DNA of 64,000 nucleotides from positions 33,985 through 97,984 of the forward strand of contig CALXPQ010000004.1 in the NCBI GenBank assembly GCA_944390485.1, given 5' to 3'. Origin of the DNA: Veillonellales bacterium. GTDB taxonomy: Bacteria > Bacillota > Negativicutes > Veillonellales > Dialisteraceae. The translations under genes were made by a program, and so were the position numbers. The notes under the pieces are model-generated. The model did no database searches. It had not been told where the DNA came from and saw nothing but the letters and a program-made list of their open reading frames with translations. Shown here piece by piece: positions 34,986-45,967 of the stretch (position 1 is its first letter; every line of letters starts with the position of its first letter).

Positions 34986-36615
34986 GGCGGCGAAGGAAGC
35001 GGCCGTAGCGGCCGGGGACCTGCCCGCCGGGGACTACGCTCCGGTGCAGCGCCTGGAGGTGCCGCCGCAGAAGGAATTCGGCGATTACTCCTCGAACGCG
35101 GCCATGCAGTGGGCGCGGACGGCGCGCCGCGCGCCGCGGATGATCGCGGAGGCGCTGGTGAAGCACATGGCTTCCCCGCTGGTGGACCGCGTGGAGATCG
35201 CCGGCGCGGGCTTCCTCAATTTCTACCTCACGACGGACACGGTATACACGGAGCTGCGGCGCATCCTCGAAGAGGGCGCGGCCTACGGGGACCTGCCCCG
35301 CCGGGAGGACGACACGGTGCTCGTGGAATACGTGTCGGCGAATCCCACAGGGCCCCTTCACATCGGCCATGCGCGCGGCGCGGCCTACGGGGACGCCATG
35401 GTGCGCCTCTACCGGGCGGCGGGCTACAACGTGGCCTCGGAATATTACATCAATGACGCGGGCAGTCAGATCCTCCATCTGGCGGAATCGGTGAACGCCC
35501 GCTACCTCCAGCTCCTCGGCGAAGACGCGGAGGTGCCGGAGAACGGCTATCACGGGCAGGACATCGTGGAGACTGCCCGGGCCATCCTCGAGCGGGACGG
35601 GCGGAAATACCTGGACATGTCCGAAGAAGACCGCCTCGCTGCGTTCAAGACGATCGCCCTCGAGGAGAAGCTCGCCGCGCTGAAGCGGGACCTCGAGCGC
35701 TTCCACGTGACCTTCGACCGCTGGTTCAGCGAGAAGTCGCTCTACCCGGACAAGGTGGACGGCGTGCTGCAGACGCTGAAAGACGAAGGCGAGCTCTACG
35801 AGCAGGGCGGCGCGTGGTGGCTCCGCACGACGGACAACGGCGACGACAAGGACCGCGTGGTCATCCGCGCGAACGGCGAGCCCACCTATTTCTGCTCGGA
35901 TATCGCCTATGCGAAAGATAAATTCGACCGGGGATTCAAAAAGCTGGTGGACATCTGGGGCGCGGACCATCACGGCTACATCGTGCGCCTGAAGACGGCC
36001 ATCAAGTTCCTCGGCTACGATCCGGACGCTTTCGACGTGGACCTGCTCCAGATGGTGACGCTCCTCCGGAACGGCAAGCCCGTCCGCATGTCCAAGCGCA
36101 CCGGGGAAGCGGTGACGCTGGCCGAGCTCATCGACGAAGTCGGCACGGACGCGGCGCGGTATTTCTTCACGAGCCGCACGCTGGACAGCCAGATGGAATT
36201 CGACATCGACCTGGCGAAGAAAGAATCCAGCGAGAACCCGGTCTACTATATCCAGTATGCGAACGCCCGCATCCACAGCCTCCTCGCGCAGGCGAAGGAA
36301 GCGGGATGCGTCTTCCGCGGCGCGGAGCAGACGGACTTCACGCGCCTCACGGCGGAGTCCGAACTGGACCTCATCAAGAAGATGGATACCTATCATGATC
36401 TCATCGCCAATGCCGCCAGGGAGCGGGCGCCGCACCGCATCGCGCGCTACGCCTACGAGCTGGCCGGCCTGTTCCACCATTTCTACCGGGAATGCCGCTG
36501 CCTCTGCGACGATCCCGGCCTTACGCAGGCGCGGCTCGGGCTGATCCTGGCCGTGCAGTCCATACTCGTTCACGCAATGACCATTTTGGGTGTCTCTGCA
36601 CCGGAGCATATGTAA
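34951..36615 (+). CDS. argS: arginine--tRNA ligase
   Basis: It has the class I HIGH motif (SANPTGPLHIGHARG), the KMSKR-type motif (RMSKRTGE) and a DALR anticodon-binding C-terminus. Confidence 0.95.
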   Translation: MEVREELKQIIEAAKEAAVAAGDLPAGDYAPVQRLEVPPQKEFGDYSSNAAMQWARTARRAPRMIAEALVKHMASPLVDRVEIAGAGFLNFYLTTDTVYTELRRILEEGAAYGDLPRREDDTVLVEYVSANPTGPLHIGHARGAAYGDAMVRLYRAAGYNVASEYYINDAGSQILHLAESVNARYLQLLGEDAEVPENGYHGQDIVETARAILERDGRKYLDMSEEDRLAAFKTIALEEKLAALKRDLERFHVTFDRWFSEKSLYPDKVDGVLQTLKDEGELYEQGGAWWLRTTDNGDDKDRVVIRANGEPTYFCSDIAYAKDKFDRGFKKLVDIWGADHHGYIVRLKTAIKFLGYDPDAFDVDLLQMVTLLRNGKPVRMSKRTGEAVTLAELIDEVGTDAARYFFTSRTLDSQMEFDIDLAKKESSENPVYYIQYANARIHSLLAQAKEAGCVFRGAEQTDFTRLTAESELDLIKKMDTYHDLIANAARERAPHRIARYAYELAGLFHHFYRECRCLCDDPGLTQARLGLILAVQSILVHAMTILGVSAPEHM

Positions 36616-36618
36616 TAA

Positions 36619-38250
<1,632 letters not shown>

Positions 38251-38359
38251 CAGGTAAAAATGAATCGGCGCTTCCTCCGGGGAGCGCTGATTTTTTATGC
38301 ACCGCCGCGCCGGCGCCGTTCCGCCGTGCCGCGGGCCCGTAAAGAAAGGAGACATTCCC

Positions 38360-38839
38360 ATGAAACACATCGCGCTTTTCTGCCTCCTCTGCGCCGCATG
38401 CCTCCCGGCCGCGGCCTCCGCCATGACGATGGAAGAGCTTCTCGCGTCGCCCGGACGGTACCGCGTGCTCTATGCGGACGAAGCGGAGACGGTGTACGCG
38501 GACATGACGACCGTCCGCCGCGCATCGCGGTCCGGCGGGGCGGCCTTCTCCGGTACCCTGTACGCGGCGGTGTACAAGTACCGGCCTGGTCCGGCGGACT
38601 ACCGGCGCGGGACGCTCACGGCCAATATCCAGCGCTACGACGCGCGCCTCACGGCGGACGGAGAGACCCGCACGTACCGGCTGGACAAGAAGCTGACCGA
38701 CGTGTGGGATCGGGACAGCCGGCGCATCGGAGGGTCCGCGTGGTGCGGCCCGCTTTCCCTGGCAGACGGCGCGCCGCTCTTCCGGAACCTGTGGCTCGCT
38801 GCGGAAACCGGCAGTGCCGGAGAACGGCCGAATCGCTGA
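38360..38839 (+). CDS. secreted hypothetical protein
   Basis: It has the signal peptide MKHIALFCLLCAACLPAAASA and an AAAGGAG RBS. I recognise no family. The start was moved from the track position 38297. Confidence 0.55.
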   Translation: MKHIALFCLLCAACLPAAASAMTMEELLASPGRYRVLYADEAETVYADMTTVRRASRSGGAAFSGTLYAAVYKYRPGPADYRRGTLTANIQRYDARLTADGETRTYRLDKKLTDVWDRDSRRIGGSAWCGPLSLADGAPLFRNLWLAAETGSAGERPNR

Positions 38840-39204
38840 GCCGGCGGCGCCTCTTCAGGGCGGCACATACGGGCCGGGCATGGGAGCCGGACGGGACAGG
38901 ACGCGGGGCAGCGGGCCTTACTATGCGGCGGACGCATGAATCGTCCTGCGCATGTGCCGCGGGAATGGATGCCATGCGCAGAATCTATGCATAGTTATGC
39001 AGAAAACGGCTTGACGGGCTTGACGTGAACTTGATATCATAGACACAGCTTTTACAGATGCCCCGCATGTATGGGACAGATGCCTTTCCTGTATGAGCAG
39101 GGAATGGAAGCGGAAACGGCGCAGAGGAAACAAGGCCACTCTTGCAGAAGGGTCCGCGGACGCTCCCCCGAATGAAAGGTAAAATACCAAAGGAGCGAAG
39201 AAAC

Positions 39205-40488
39205 ATGAAAAAAATTCTCGCAATGGCAGCCGTCGCTGCTCTCGCTGCAGGCGCATCCGCTTATGCAGCCAATCCGTTTTCCGATGTGTCCACTTCCGAC
39301 TGGGCGTATCAGGCAGTCTCCGATCTGTCTGATCAGGGCATCGTAGAGGGCTATCCGGACGGCACGTTCAAAGGCCAGACGAACATCACCCGCTACGAAA
39401 TGGCACAGATCGTGGCCCGCCTGATGGCGAAAGAAGATCAGTACAACGCGGAACAGCGCGCGACGATTGACAAACTGGCTGCGGAATACGCAGACGAACT
39501 GGACAGCCTCGGCGTACGTGTGTCCAACCTCGAAAAGAAGGTCGGCAACATCTCCTGGAGCGGCGATGCCCGCATGCGTTATAAAGCTAATCCGGATGGC
39601 ACCGACAACTGGCAGGGCCGTGTCCGCATCAACATGAAGGGGCAGGTCAATGACAGCACCTACGTCTTCGGCCGTCTGACTTCCGGCAATGTCGACATGA
39701 AAGGCGACAGCAACGGCGACGTCTCCATGGACCGCATCTATGTTCACCATGACTTCGGCGACCATGTGGGCCTGACCCTCGGCCGCTATGAAGTCGACAT
39801 GGGCACGCAGGCTACCTGGCTCTATGGCAACGCTTTCGACGGTGCGGAAGCGCAGATCAAGTTCAACGACGACTACTCCCTGAACTTCGGCTTCGGCCGC
39901 TTCCATGATGCAACTGGTGATTATGAAGGTGAAGTTGAGGAAGCTTTAATTGGCGGTGATGAATTCGGCGATGCGGAAGCGTTCTACGCACAGGCAAAAG
40001 CCAACTTCGGCTTTGCGAAACTGGGCGTAGATTACTACACCACCTCCAGCTTCAAAGAATGGACGGATGACAGCTATACCGCTACGAAGAAAGGTGAATC
40101 CTCTGTCTGGGGCGTGAATCTCCTCGTTCCGATCAGCGATTTCCGCATCTTCGGCGACTACTACAAAGACACCGAAGCGCAGGGCGATCCGCAGATCTGG
40201 GCTGTGGGTCTCGGCTACGGCGCGATGGATCTCCAGAAGCCGGGCACCTTTGACATCGACGTGGCCTACTACGATGTGGAAGAAGGCCTGTATCATCACA
40301 ACATGAGCGGCCTCGACATCGACGGCACCATGTTCGAACGCAGCAGCAACTTCTGGCTCGCGACGGCTGACGTAGCGATCATGGAAAACATGTACATCCG
40401 CGGTGAATATGCATTCGCTTACGATCCCGACCATGCGGATCAGGACCTTGACGATGCATGGGAAATCGCGCTGAATTACAAGTTCTGA
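39205..40488 (+). CDS. SLH-domain outer-membrane porin (OmpM/Mep45-like)
   Basis: The N-terminus reads MKKILAMAAVAALAAGASAYA-ANPFSDVSTSDWAYQAVSDLSDQGIVEGYPDGTFKGQTNITRYEMAQIVARLM. This is a signal peptide plus an SLH domain. A coiled linker follows, then an aromatic-rich beta-barrel ending in YKF. Confidence 0.85.
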   Translation: MKKILAMAAVAALAAGASAYAANPFSDVSTSDWAYQAVSDLSDQGIVEGYPDGTFKGQTNITRYEMAQIVARLMAKEDQYNAEQRATIDKLAAEYADELDSLGVRVSNLEKKVGNISWSGDARMRYKANPDGTDNWQGRVRINMKGQVNDSTYVFGRLTSGNVDMKGDSNGDVSMDRIYVHHDFGDHVGLTLGRYEVDMGTQATWLYGNAFDGAEAQIKFNDDYSLNFGFGRFHDATGDYEGEVEEALIGGDEFGDAEAFYAQAKANFGFAKLGVDYYTTSSFKEWTDDSYTATKKGESSVWGVNLLVPISDFRIFGDYYKDTEAQGDPQIWAVGLGYGAMDLQKPGTFDIDVAYYDVEEGLYHHNMSGLDIDGTMFERSSNFWLATADVAIMENMYIRGEYAFAYDPDHADQDLDDAWEIALNYKF

Positions 40489-40500
40489 TTTCTTCAGAAG

Positions 40501-40528
40501 AAAAGGCTCCCTTCACGGGAGTCTTTTT
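40501..40528 (+). terminator. intrinsic terminator after the porin gene
   Basis: Stem GGCTCCC (40504-40510) pairs with GGGAGTC (40516-40522), followed by TTTTT. Confidence 0.7.
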
Positions 40529-40581
40529 GCGTGGGATATTTGGCGGTGCGGACCCGCGGCCGGCAGACGGCGCAGAGGCAG

Positions 40582-40606
40582 AAAAAGCCCGGCACAGGGC
40601 CGGGCC
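40582..40606 (-). terminator. intrinsic terminator after the hydrolase gene
   Basis: Stem GCCCGGC (40587-40593) pairs with GCCGGGC (40599-40605). The minus-strand U-run comes from AAAAA at 40582-40586. Confidence 0.6.
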
Positions 40607-40624
40607 GAAAAACAAAATCCATCG

Positions 40625-41686
40625 TTATTCTGCCGCGAGCGATTTCGTGAAGAAATCGGCGAGCTTGTCCACCGCGGGCGCAACGTACTGCGGCTTGTCA
40701 TACATGTCGATGTGAGACGCGCCGGGAATGATATAGACTTCCTTGTGCCCTTCGGGGAGCGCGGCGTAGAAGCGGTCGGTCTGCCATTTCGAATCGGCGC
40801 GGCTTCCTGCGATGAGGAGGACCGGCTGTGTGAGGAGAGCACTGTTTTCGATGGCGGAGTAGGCCATCTTCGAGGCCTGGCTGCGGTAGAGGAAGCGGTT
40901 GTCCGCACGGGGGTGGTACGCCCGGGCGGTGCGGTAATACTCATAGCCTTCGCGGAAAGACGGCGCGGTGTGCGCATCCGGCTCGGGGCACATGTAGAGC
41001 ATGCGGAGCGGCGCGCCCTGCGCTTCCCTGGTCCGCTGTTCCGCCACGTCTTCGAGGATGCGGATCTGTTCGGCGATCGGCCGGCCGCCGAGCCAGCTCT
41101 CCCGGTTCGCCGCGCCGATGTCCGCGGCCGAGACGCCGGCCACCGCGCGGATGCGCCGTTCCGTGGGCGCCGCGCCGATGACGTAGCCGCCGCCGGCGCA
41201 GAGGCCGAGCGCGCCGATGCGGTGAGGATCGACAAAGGAGAGCGTATCCAGATAGTCGATGGCGTAGCGGATATCCTCGATGCGGTCCCAGGGCATTTCC
41301 GAGGCGTACGGCTCCCCGCCGCTCTCGCCGGCGTAGGTGGAGTCGAAGGCGAGCGTCACGAAGCCGCGCCCGGCGAGGAGGAAGGCGTAGAGGCCGGAGG
41401 ACTGTTCCTTCACGCTGCCGGCGGGATGGACGGAGAGGATCGCGGGATATTTTTTCGCGGGATCGAAATCCGGCGGGAGGAACAGATTGCCCGCGAGGAC
41501 GATGTGGTTGCTCCGCAGGAAAGAGACCTTCCGCACGGTGACGCCGGTGCCAGCCGGGACGGGCGTGACGGTGACGGCTTCGCTGGGGACGGAGCCGGGA
41601 AGGGGATCGGCGGCGCGCGCCGCCGGAGGCGTGAGGACGAGCGCGGCGGCGAGGCCGAGCAGCAGGAGGGCGGTTCTTTTTTTCAT
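40625..41686 (-). CDS. secreted alpha/beta hydrolase (dienelactone-hydrolase-like, Cys nucleophile elbow)
   Basis: It has the signal peptide MKKRTALLLLGLAAALVLTPPAARA. The nucleophile elbow reads GALGLCAGGGY (G-x-C-x-G). Confidence 0.65.
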   Translation of the reverse strand: MKKRTALLLLGLAAALVLTPPAARAADPLPGSVPSEAVTVTPVPAGTGVTVRKVSFLRSNHIVLAGNLFLPPDFDPAKKYPAILSVHPAGSVKEQSSGLYAFLLAGRGFVTLAFDSTYAGESGGEPYASEMPWDRIEDIRYAIDYLDTLSFVDPHRIGALGLCAGGGYVIGAAPTERRIRAVAGVSAADIGAANRESWLGGRPIAEQIRILEDVAEQRTREAQGAPLRMLYMCPEPDAHTAPSFREGYEYYRTARAYHPRADNRFLYRSQASKMAYSAIENSALLTQPVLLIAGSRADSKWQTDRFYAALPEGHKEVYIIPGASHIDMYDKPQYVAPAVDKLADFFTKSLAAE

Positions 41687-41851
41687 GGGCAGCTCCTTTC
41701 CGGAAACAGAGGGAATACCGATTTGTCTGCATTGTAGCGGATGGATCGCCGGCGAATCAATCTGGATTTCCGACAGGGCCTATAAGGAAAACTGATGGGA
41801 AGACGCGGCGCGGATTTCGCATGAATGGATGAGAAAAGTGCAAAAATCGTA

Positions 41852-41881
41852 TTGACAGCGCCGGGGGGATGTTGTTATACT
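41852..41881 (+). promoter_or_regulatory. sigma-70 promoter of the T-box leader
   Basis: TTGACA (41852-41857), an 18-nt spacer, then TATACT (41876-41881). Confidence 0.55.
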
Positions 41882-41887
41882 GAATGC

Positions 41888-42125
41888 ATATTTCAAATCG
41901 ACATCCCCTCATGATGATGAACGGGAGCCATGCAAAGGCGCATTGCAGAGAGTCGCTGGGCGGTGGAAAGCGGCAGAGTCAAATTTGCATGTCCTCGCCC
42001 GGGAGTCCTTTTCTGAACGGAGTAGGAAGAGCGCAGGCCTGCGTTACGGGCTTTGAGTACAATGCAGGGTGGTACCGCGTAACTACGCCCCTGCCGGAAG
42101 TGAAAACCGGCAGGGGCGTTTTGTT
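41888..42125 (+). promoter_or_regulatory. T-box riboswitch leader (tRNA-sensing transcription attenuator)
   Basis: The elements are:
- AG bulge AGAGAG (41947-41952)
- distal loop GGTGGAA (41962-41968)
- Stem III (42031-42044)
- T-box sequence AGGGTGGTACCGCG (42066-42079)
- competing 13-bp terminator ACGCCCCTGCCGG/CCGGCAGGGGCGT plus a T-run (42085-42125). Confidence 0.85.
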
Positions 42126-42184
42126 ATAGAAAAAATTGGACCGCATGGGCGAGCCCGTGCCATACATCCAGAATGGAGGCAATC

Positions 42185-43048
42185 ATGGAAGCTGGAGAAA
42201 AACTGAGAGAGCGACTATCGAAGGACGAGATCCTCGTCCTTCCGGGCATTTATGACGCGCTGACGGCAAAGATCGCCGTGGCGCAGGGATTCGACGGACT
42301 GGTCATGGGGGGCTACGCGGTCTCCGCGTCCCGGCTGGGACAGCCGGACGTGGGCTATCTCTCCATGACGGAGATGCGGGACGCGCTCCGCACCATCACC
42401 CGCGCGGTGGACGTGCCGGTGGTGGCCGACGGCGACACGGGCTACGGCAACGCCATGTGCGCCCGCCGGACGTTCCGCGAATTTGAATGGGCCGGCGCGG
42501 CGGCGGTGCTCCTCGAAGACCAGGTGTGGCCGAAGCGCTGCGGGCACATGGCCGGCAAGCAGGTGGTGGACGCGGAGCTCCACGCGAAGAAGCTGCGCGC
42601 CGTGGCGGACGACAAACTGCACGACTCGACGATCCTCATCGCCCGCACGGACAGCCGGGCGGTGTACGGCATCGACGCCGCCATCGAGCGGGGCAAGCTC
42701 TACCTCGACAGCGGGGCGGATGCGCTCTTCATCGAAGCGCCGCAGAGCGTGGAGGAGCTGGAGAAGATCGGGAAGAGCTTCCCCGACACGATCCTCGTGG
42801 CGAATATGATCGAGGGCGGCCGCACGCCGAACCTCACCGCGAAGGATCTGGAGGAGATGGGCTTCGACATCGTCTTCTGGCCGTGCACCGCGGTGTACGC
42901 CATCACGAAAGCGTTCTCCGACGTGATGCACGCGCTGCGCACGGACGGCAATACGCGCAATGTGGAAGACAAGATGATGCATTTCAGCGATTTCAATCAT
43001 TTCATCGGCCTCGACACCTACAACGAGCTGGATGAGAAATATAAGTAA
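42185..43048 (+). CDS. isocitrate lyase/PEP mutase superfamily C-C lyase (methylisocitrate/dimethylmalate-lyase-like)
   Basis: The motifs are DGDTGYGN and LEDQVWPKRCGHMAGKQVV (the K-R-C-G-H catalytic loop). The start is at the second ATG (42185), 5 nt after GGAGG. Confidence 0.75.
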   Translation: MEAGEKLRERLSKDEILVLPGIYDALTAKIAVAQGFDGLVMGGYAVSASRLGQPDVGYLSMTEMRDALRTITRAVDVPVVADGDTGYGNAMCARRTFREFEWAGAAAVLLEDQVWPKRCGHMAGKQVVDAELHAKKLRAVADDKLHDSTILIARTDSRAVYGIDAAIERGKLYLDSGADALFIEAPQSVEELEKIGKSFPDTILVANMIEGGRTPNLTAKDLEEMGFDIVFWPCTAVYAITKAFSDVMHALRTDGNTRNVEDKMMHFSDFNHFIGLDTYNELDEKYK

Positions 43049-43082
43049 GTGAGACCGGGGCAGGGCCCCGGAGAAGGAAAGG

Positions 43083-44123
43083 ATGATCCCCATGAAGATG
43101 ATGAAAAAGATGACGGTAGCCGCGCTGGCAGCGGCAGTGGTGCTGGCGATGGCGGGCTGCGGCGGCAGCGGCGACAAGGCTCCGGCGAAATCCGCCGGCG
43201 GCGATCAGGCGGTGACGCTGAAACTGGCGGCGGCGCTCCCCACGAGCCATCCGCTGGTGCAGGCAATGGAACAGCTGAAAACGAAAGCGGCGGAGAAATC
43301 CGGCGGCACCATCACCATCAATATCTATCCTGCAGGACAGCTCTTCAACGACAAGAACATGAACGACGCCCTCATCTCCGGCGGCATCGACATGGGGCTG
43401 AATACGGTGGGCCGCTGGGCTTCGATCGTCCCGGCGATGGACGTCTTCGACGTGCCTTTCCTCTTCCCGAGCTATGAAAAGGTCGATCAGGCCATCGACA
43501 GCGGCCTCGGCGAAAAGCTCGGCGCGGAGCTGGAAAAGAAAGGCGTGCGTCCGCTCATCTGGGCCGACTACGGATTCGTCCAGTTCGCCAATAACGGCAA
43601 GCTCATCACGAAGCCGGAAGATTTCCAGGGCATGAAGATCCGCGGCTACAGCAAGTTCTCCTCCGAGACCATCAATGCCCTCGGCGCGTCCTCTGTCACC
43701 ATGGGGTCCAGCGAAGTGTACATGGGCATCCAGCGCGGCACCATCGACGGTCAGACCTCCGGCACCACGGCCATGCGCGACCGCAAGATGTACGAAGTGC
43801 TGAAATACATGACCGTCACGAACCACGCGTCCCCGGAATTCATCGTCGCCATGAGCCAGAAGTCCTACGACAAGCTCTCCGATAACCAGAAGAAAGCGCT
43901 GGACGAAGCGTGCAAGGAAGTGCAGCAGTCCATCCGCGACAACGCGAAGGCCGAAGACCTGAAAGCGCTGGACGATCTGAAGGCGAAGGGCATGGAAGTC
44001 TACGTCGTGCCGGAGAGCGAACTCCCGGCCTGGCAGGCGGCCACCCGTCCCGTGTGGGATCAGTTCATCGCAGAGACCGGCGACCTGGGCAAGGAACTGG
44101 TCGATATCTGCACGAAGCAGTGA
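43083..44123 (+). CDS. dctP: TRAP transporter substrate-binding protein (DctP family), lipoprotein-type signal
   Basis: It has the signal and lipobox ...VVLAMAGCGGSG. DctP-family features include FDVPFLF and the KIRG region. It is followed by the small and large TRAP permease genes. Confidence 0.8.
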   Translation: MIPMKMMKKMTVAALAAAVVLAMAGCGGSGDKAPAKSAGGDQAVTLKLAAALPTSHPLVQAMEQLKTKAAEKSGGTITINIYPAGQLFNDKNMNDALISGGIDMGLNTVGRWASIVPAMDVFDVPFLFPSYEKVDQAIDSGLGEKLGAELEKKGVRPLIWADYGFVQFANNGKLITKPEDFQGMKIRGYSKFSSETINALGASSVTMGSSEVYMGIQRGTIDGQTSGTTAMRDRKMYEVLKYMTVTNHASPEFIVAMSQKSYDKLSDNQKKALDEACKEVQQSIRDNAKAEDLKALDDLKAKGMEVYVVPESELPAWQAATRPVWDQFIAETGDLGKELVDICTKQ

Positions 44124-44153
44124 TTTCCTGATTGAAACAGAAAGTGTGATCCT

Positions 44154-44681
44154 TTGACATCCTTCATCCGTACTTACGACCGGGCCGTGGCGCTCGTGAC
44201 GAAGCTCGCCGGCGTCATCGCCGGGGCGCTCGTCCTGGCGGTGGGCTTCATGATCGTCTATGAGATCATCGCCCGCGGCGTCTTCAATTCTCCCACCGAG
44301 TGGGTGACGGAGCTCTCCACGTACGCCGTCATCATCGCAGGCTTCCTTGGCATGGGCGTCACCTACGCCGGAGGGAAGCACATCCAGGTGGACATCCTCA
44401 TCATGCACTTCTCTCCGAAGGTGCGCTGCTGGGTGGAGTTCGTCACGTGCATCCTCGCGCTCTACTACAGCTATGTCTTCGTCGTGGAAGGCTGGGCCAT
44501 GACCATGCTCTCCATCGCCTTTGACAACCGCGCGCCCACGACGCTTTCGACGCCCCTGTGGATCCCGCAGATTTCCATGCCCATCGGGCTGGCCATCCTC
44601 GCGCTCCAGATCTTCGGGACGATCCTTCACGATTTCCACAAGATGACCACCGGCCAGTATGAAGAAAAGGAGGAAAAATAA
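44154..44681 (+). CDS. dctQ: TRAP transporter small permease (DctQ family)
   Basis: It is a 4-TM protein of about 175 aa between the dctP and dctM homologs. The start is TTG at 44154. Confidence 0.75.
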   Translation: MTSFIRTYDRAVALVTKLAGVIAGALVLAVGFMIVYEIIARGVFNSPTEWVTELSTYAVIIAGFLGMGVTYAGGKHIQVDILIMHFSPKVRCWVEFVTCILALYYSYVFVVEGWAMTMLSIAFDNRAPTTLSTPLWIPQISMPIGLAILALQIFGTILHDFHKMTTGQYEEKEEK

Positions 44682-45959
44682 ATGCTCGCGTTATTTACCA
44701 TCCTCCTTCTGGTACTGCTCTTCTCGGGCCTCCCCGTGGCCTTCTCTCTCGGGCTCGGCGGCGTCGCCGGCATGGTGCTCTTCCTCGGCGGCGAAGGGGC
44801 GCTCGCGCAGCTCCCCATCATCGGGTACAAATCCCTCGACGATTTCGTCCTCGTCTCCATCCCGCTCTACATCCTCATGAGCCAGGTGCTCCTCACCGGC
44901 AAGGTGGGGAACGATCTCTTCGAGCTGGCGAATAAATGGCTCTGCCACCTGCCGGGTGGCCTCGGCGTGGCCACGGTCATCGCCTGCGCCATCTTCGCGG
45001 CCATCACCGGCTCGTCCGTGGCGTGCGCCGTCACCATCGGCTCCATCGCCATCCCGGAAATGCTCTCCCGCGGCTATGACCGCCGTCTCGTTCTCGGCAC
45101 CGTTGCCGCCGGCGGGACGCTGGGCATCCTCATCCCGCCGTCCATCCCGATGATCCTCTACGGGGCCATCACGGACGAATCGGTGGGCAAGCTCTTCATG
45201 TCCGGCGTCGTACCGGGTGTGCTCCTCATGTTCCTCTTCATCTGCGTGGTGGTCTACTCCTCGCGGAATCTGGAACGGCACGCCGCCGCGCCGTGGCATG
45301 AGCGCCTCTCCGCGCTGCGCCAGTCCATCTGGGGCCTGCTGCTCCCGATCATCGTCGTAGGCGGCATCTACACCGGCGCCTTCACCCCCACCGAAGCGGC
45401 GGGCGTGGGCACCGTGTACAGCCTCTTCATCACCTTCTTCGTGTACAAGACGCTGAAACCGAAAGATCTGCCCGGCATCCTGAACGACACCGTCCAGACG
45501 AGCTGCATGATCTTTGCCATCATGATCGGCGCGAGCCTCTTCGGCTTCGTCCTCACCATCCTCGACGCGCCGCAGGCTCTCACGAACTGGGTGGCCGGCC
45601 TCGAGCTCGGCAAATGGGCGGTCTTCGTGGCCATCAATATCCTGCTCCTCTTCCTGGGGTGCATCCTCGAGTCCATTTCCATCATCTTCATCACCCTGCC
45701 GATCCTCTTCCCGCTCATCATGCGGCTGGGCTTCGATCCGATTTGGTTCAACGTGGTGATGCTCCTCAATCTGGAGCTCGCCCTCATCACGCCGCCCGTC
45801 GGCATGAACCTCTTCGTCCTGCAGGGCGTCAGCCCGGACAGCAAGATGACCGACATCATCCGCGGCGTCGTTCCCTTCGGCTGCATGATGGCCCTCGAGA
45901 TCCTCATCCTCTGCTTCTTCCCGGAAATCGCCACCTGGCTTCCGAGCGTATTGAAATAA
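44682..45959 (+). CDS. dctM: TRAP transporter large permease (DctM family)
   Basis: It is a 425-aa polytopic permease whose start abuts the dctQ stop. It shows typical DctM repeats. Confidence 0.85.
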   Translation: MLALFTILLLVLLFSGLPVAFSLGLGGVAGMVLFLGGEGALAQLPIIGYKSLDDFVLVSIPLYILMSQVLLTGKVGNDLFELANKWLCHLPGGLGVATVIACAIFAAITGSSVACAVTIGSIAIPEMLSRGYDRRLVLGTVAAGGTLGILIPPSIPMILYGAITDESVGKLFMSGVVPGVLLMFLFICVVVYSSRNLERHAAAPWHERLSALRQSIWGLLLPIIVVGGIYTGAFTPTEAAGVGTVYSLFITFFVYKTLKPKDLPGILNDTVQTSCMIFAIMIGASLFGFVLTILDAPQALTNWVAGLELGKWAVFVAINILLLFLGCILESISIIFITLPILFPLIMRLGFDPIWFNVVMLLNLELALITPPVGMNLFVLQGVSPDSKMTDIIRGVVPFGCMMALEILILCFFPEIATWLPSVLK

Positions 45960-45967
45960 TGTTTCCG

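Noticed and set aside
41978-41981. GUC-A (Val) as the T-box specifier.
   Set aside because: It would place the Specifier loop directly under the AG bulge with almost no intervening helix, which does not fit Stem I geometry. The CUC-G register fits better, but the call remains provisional.
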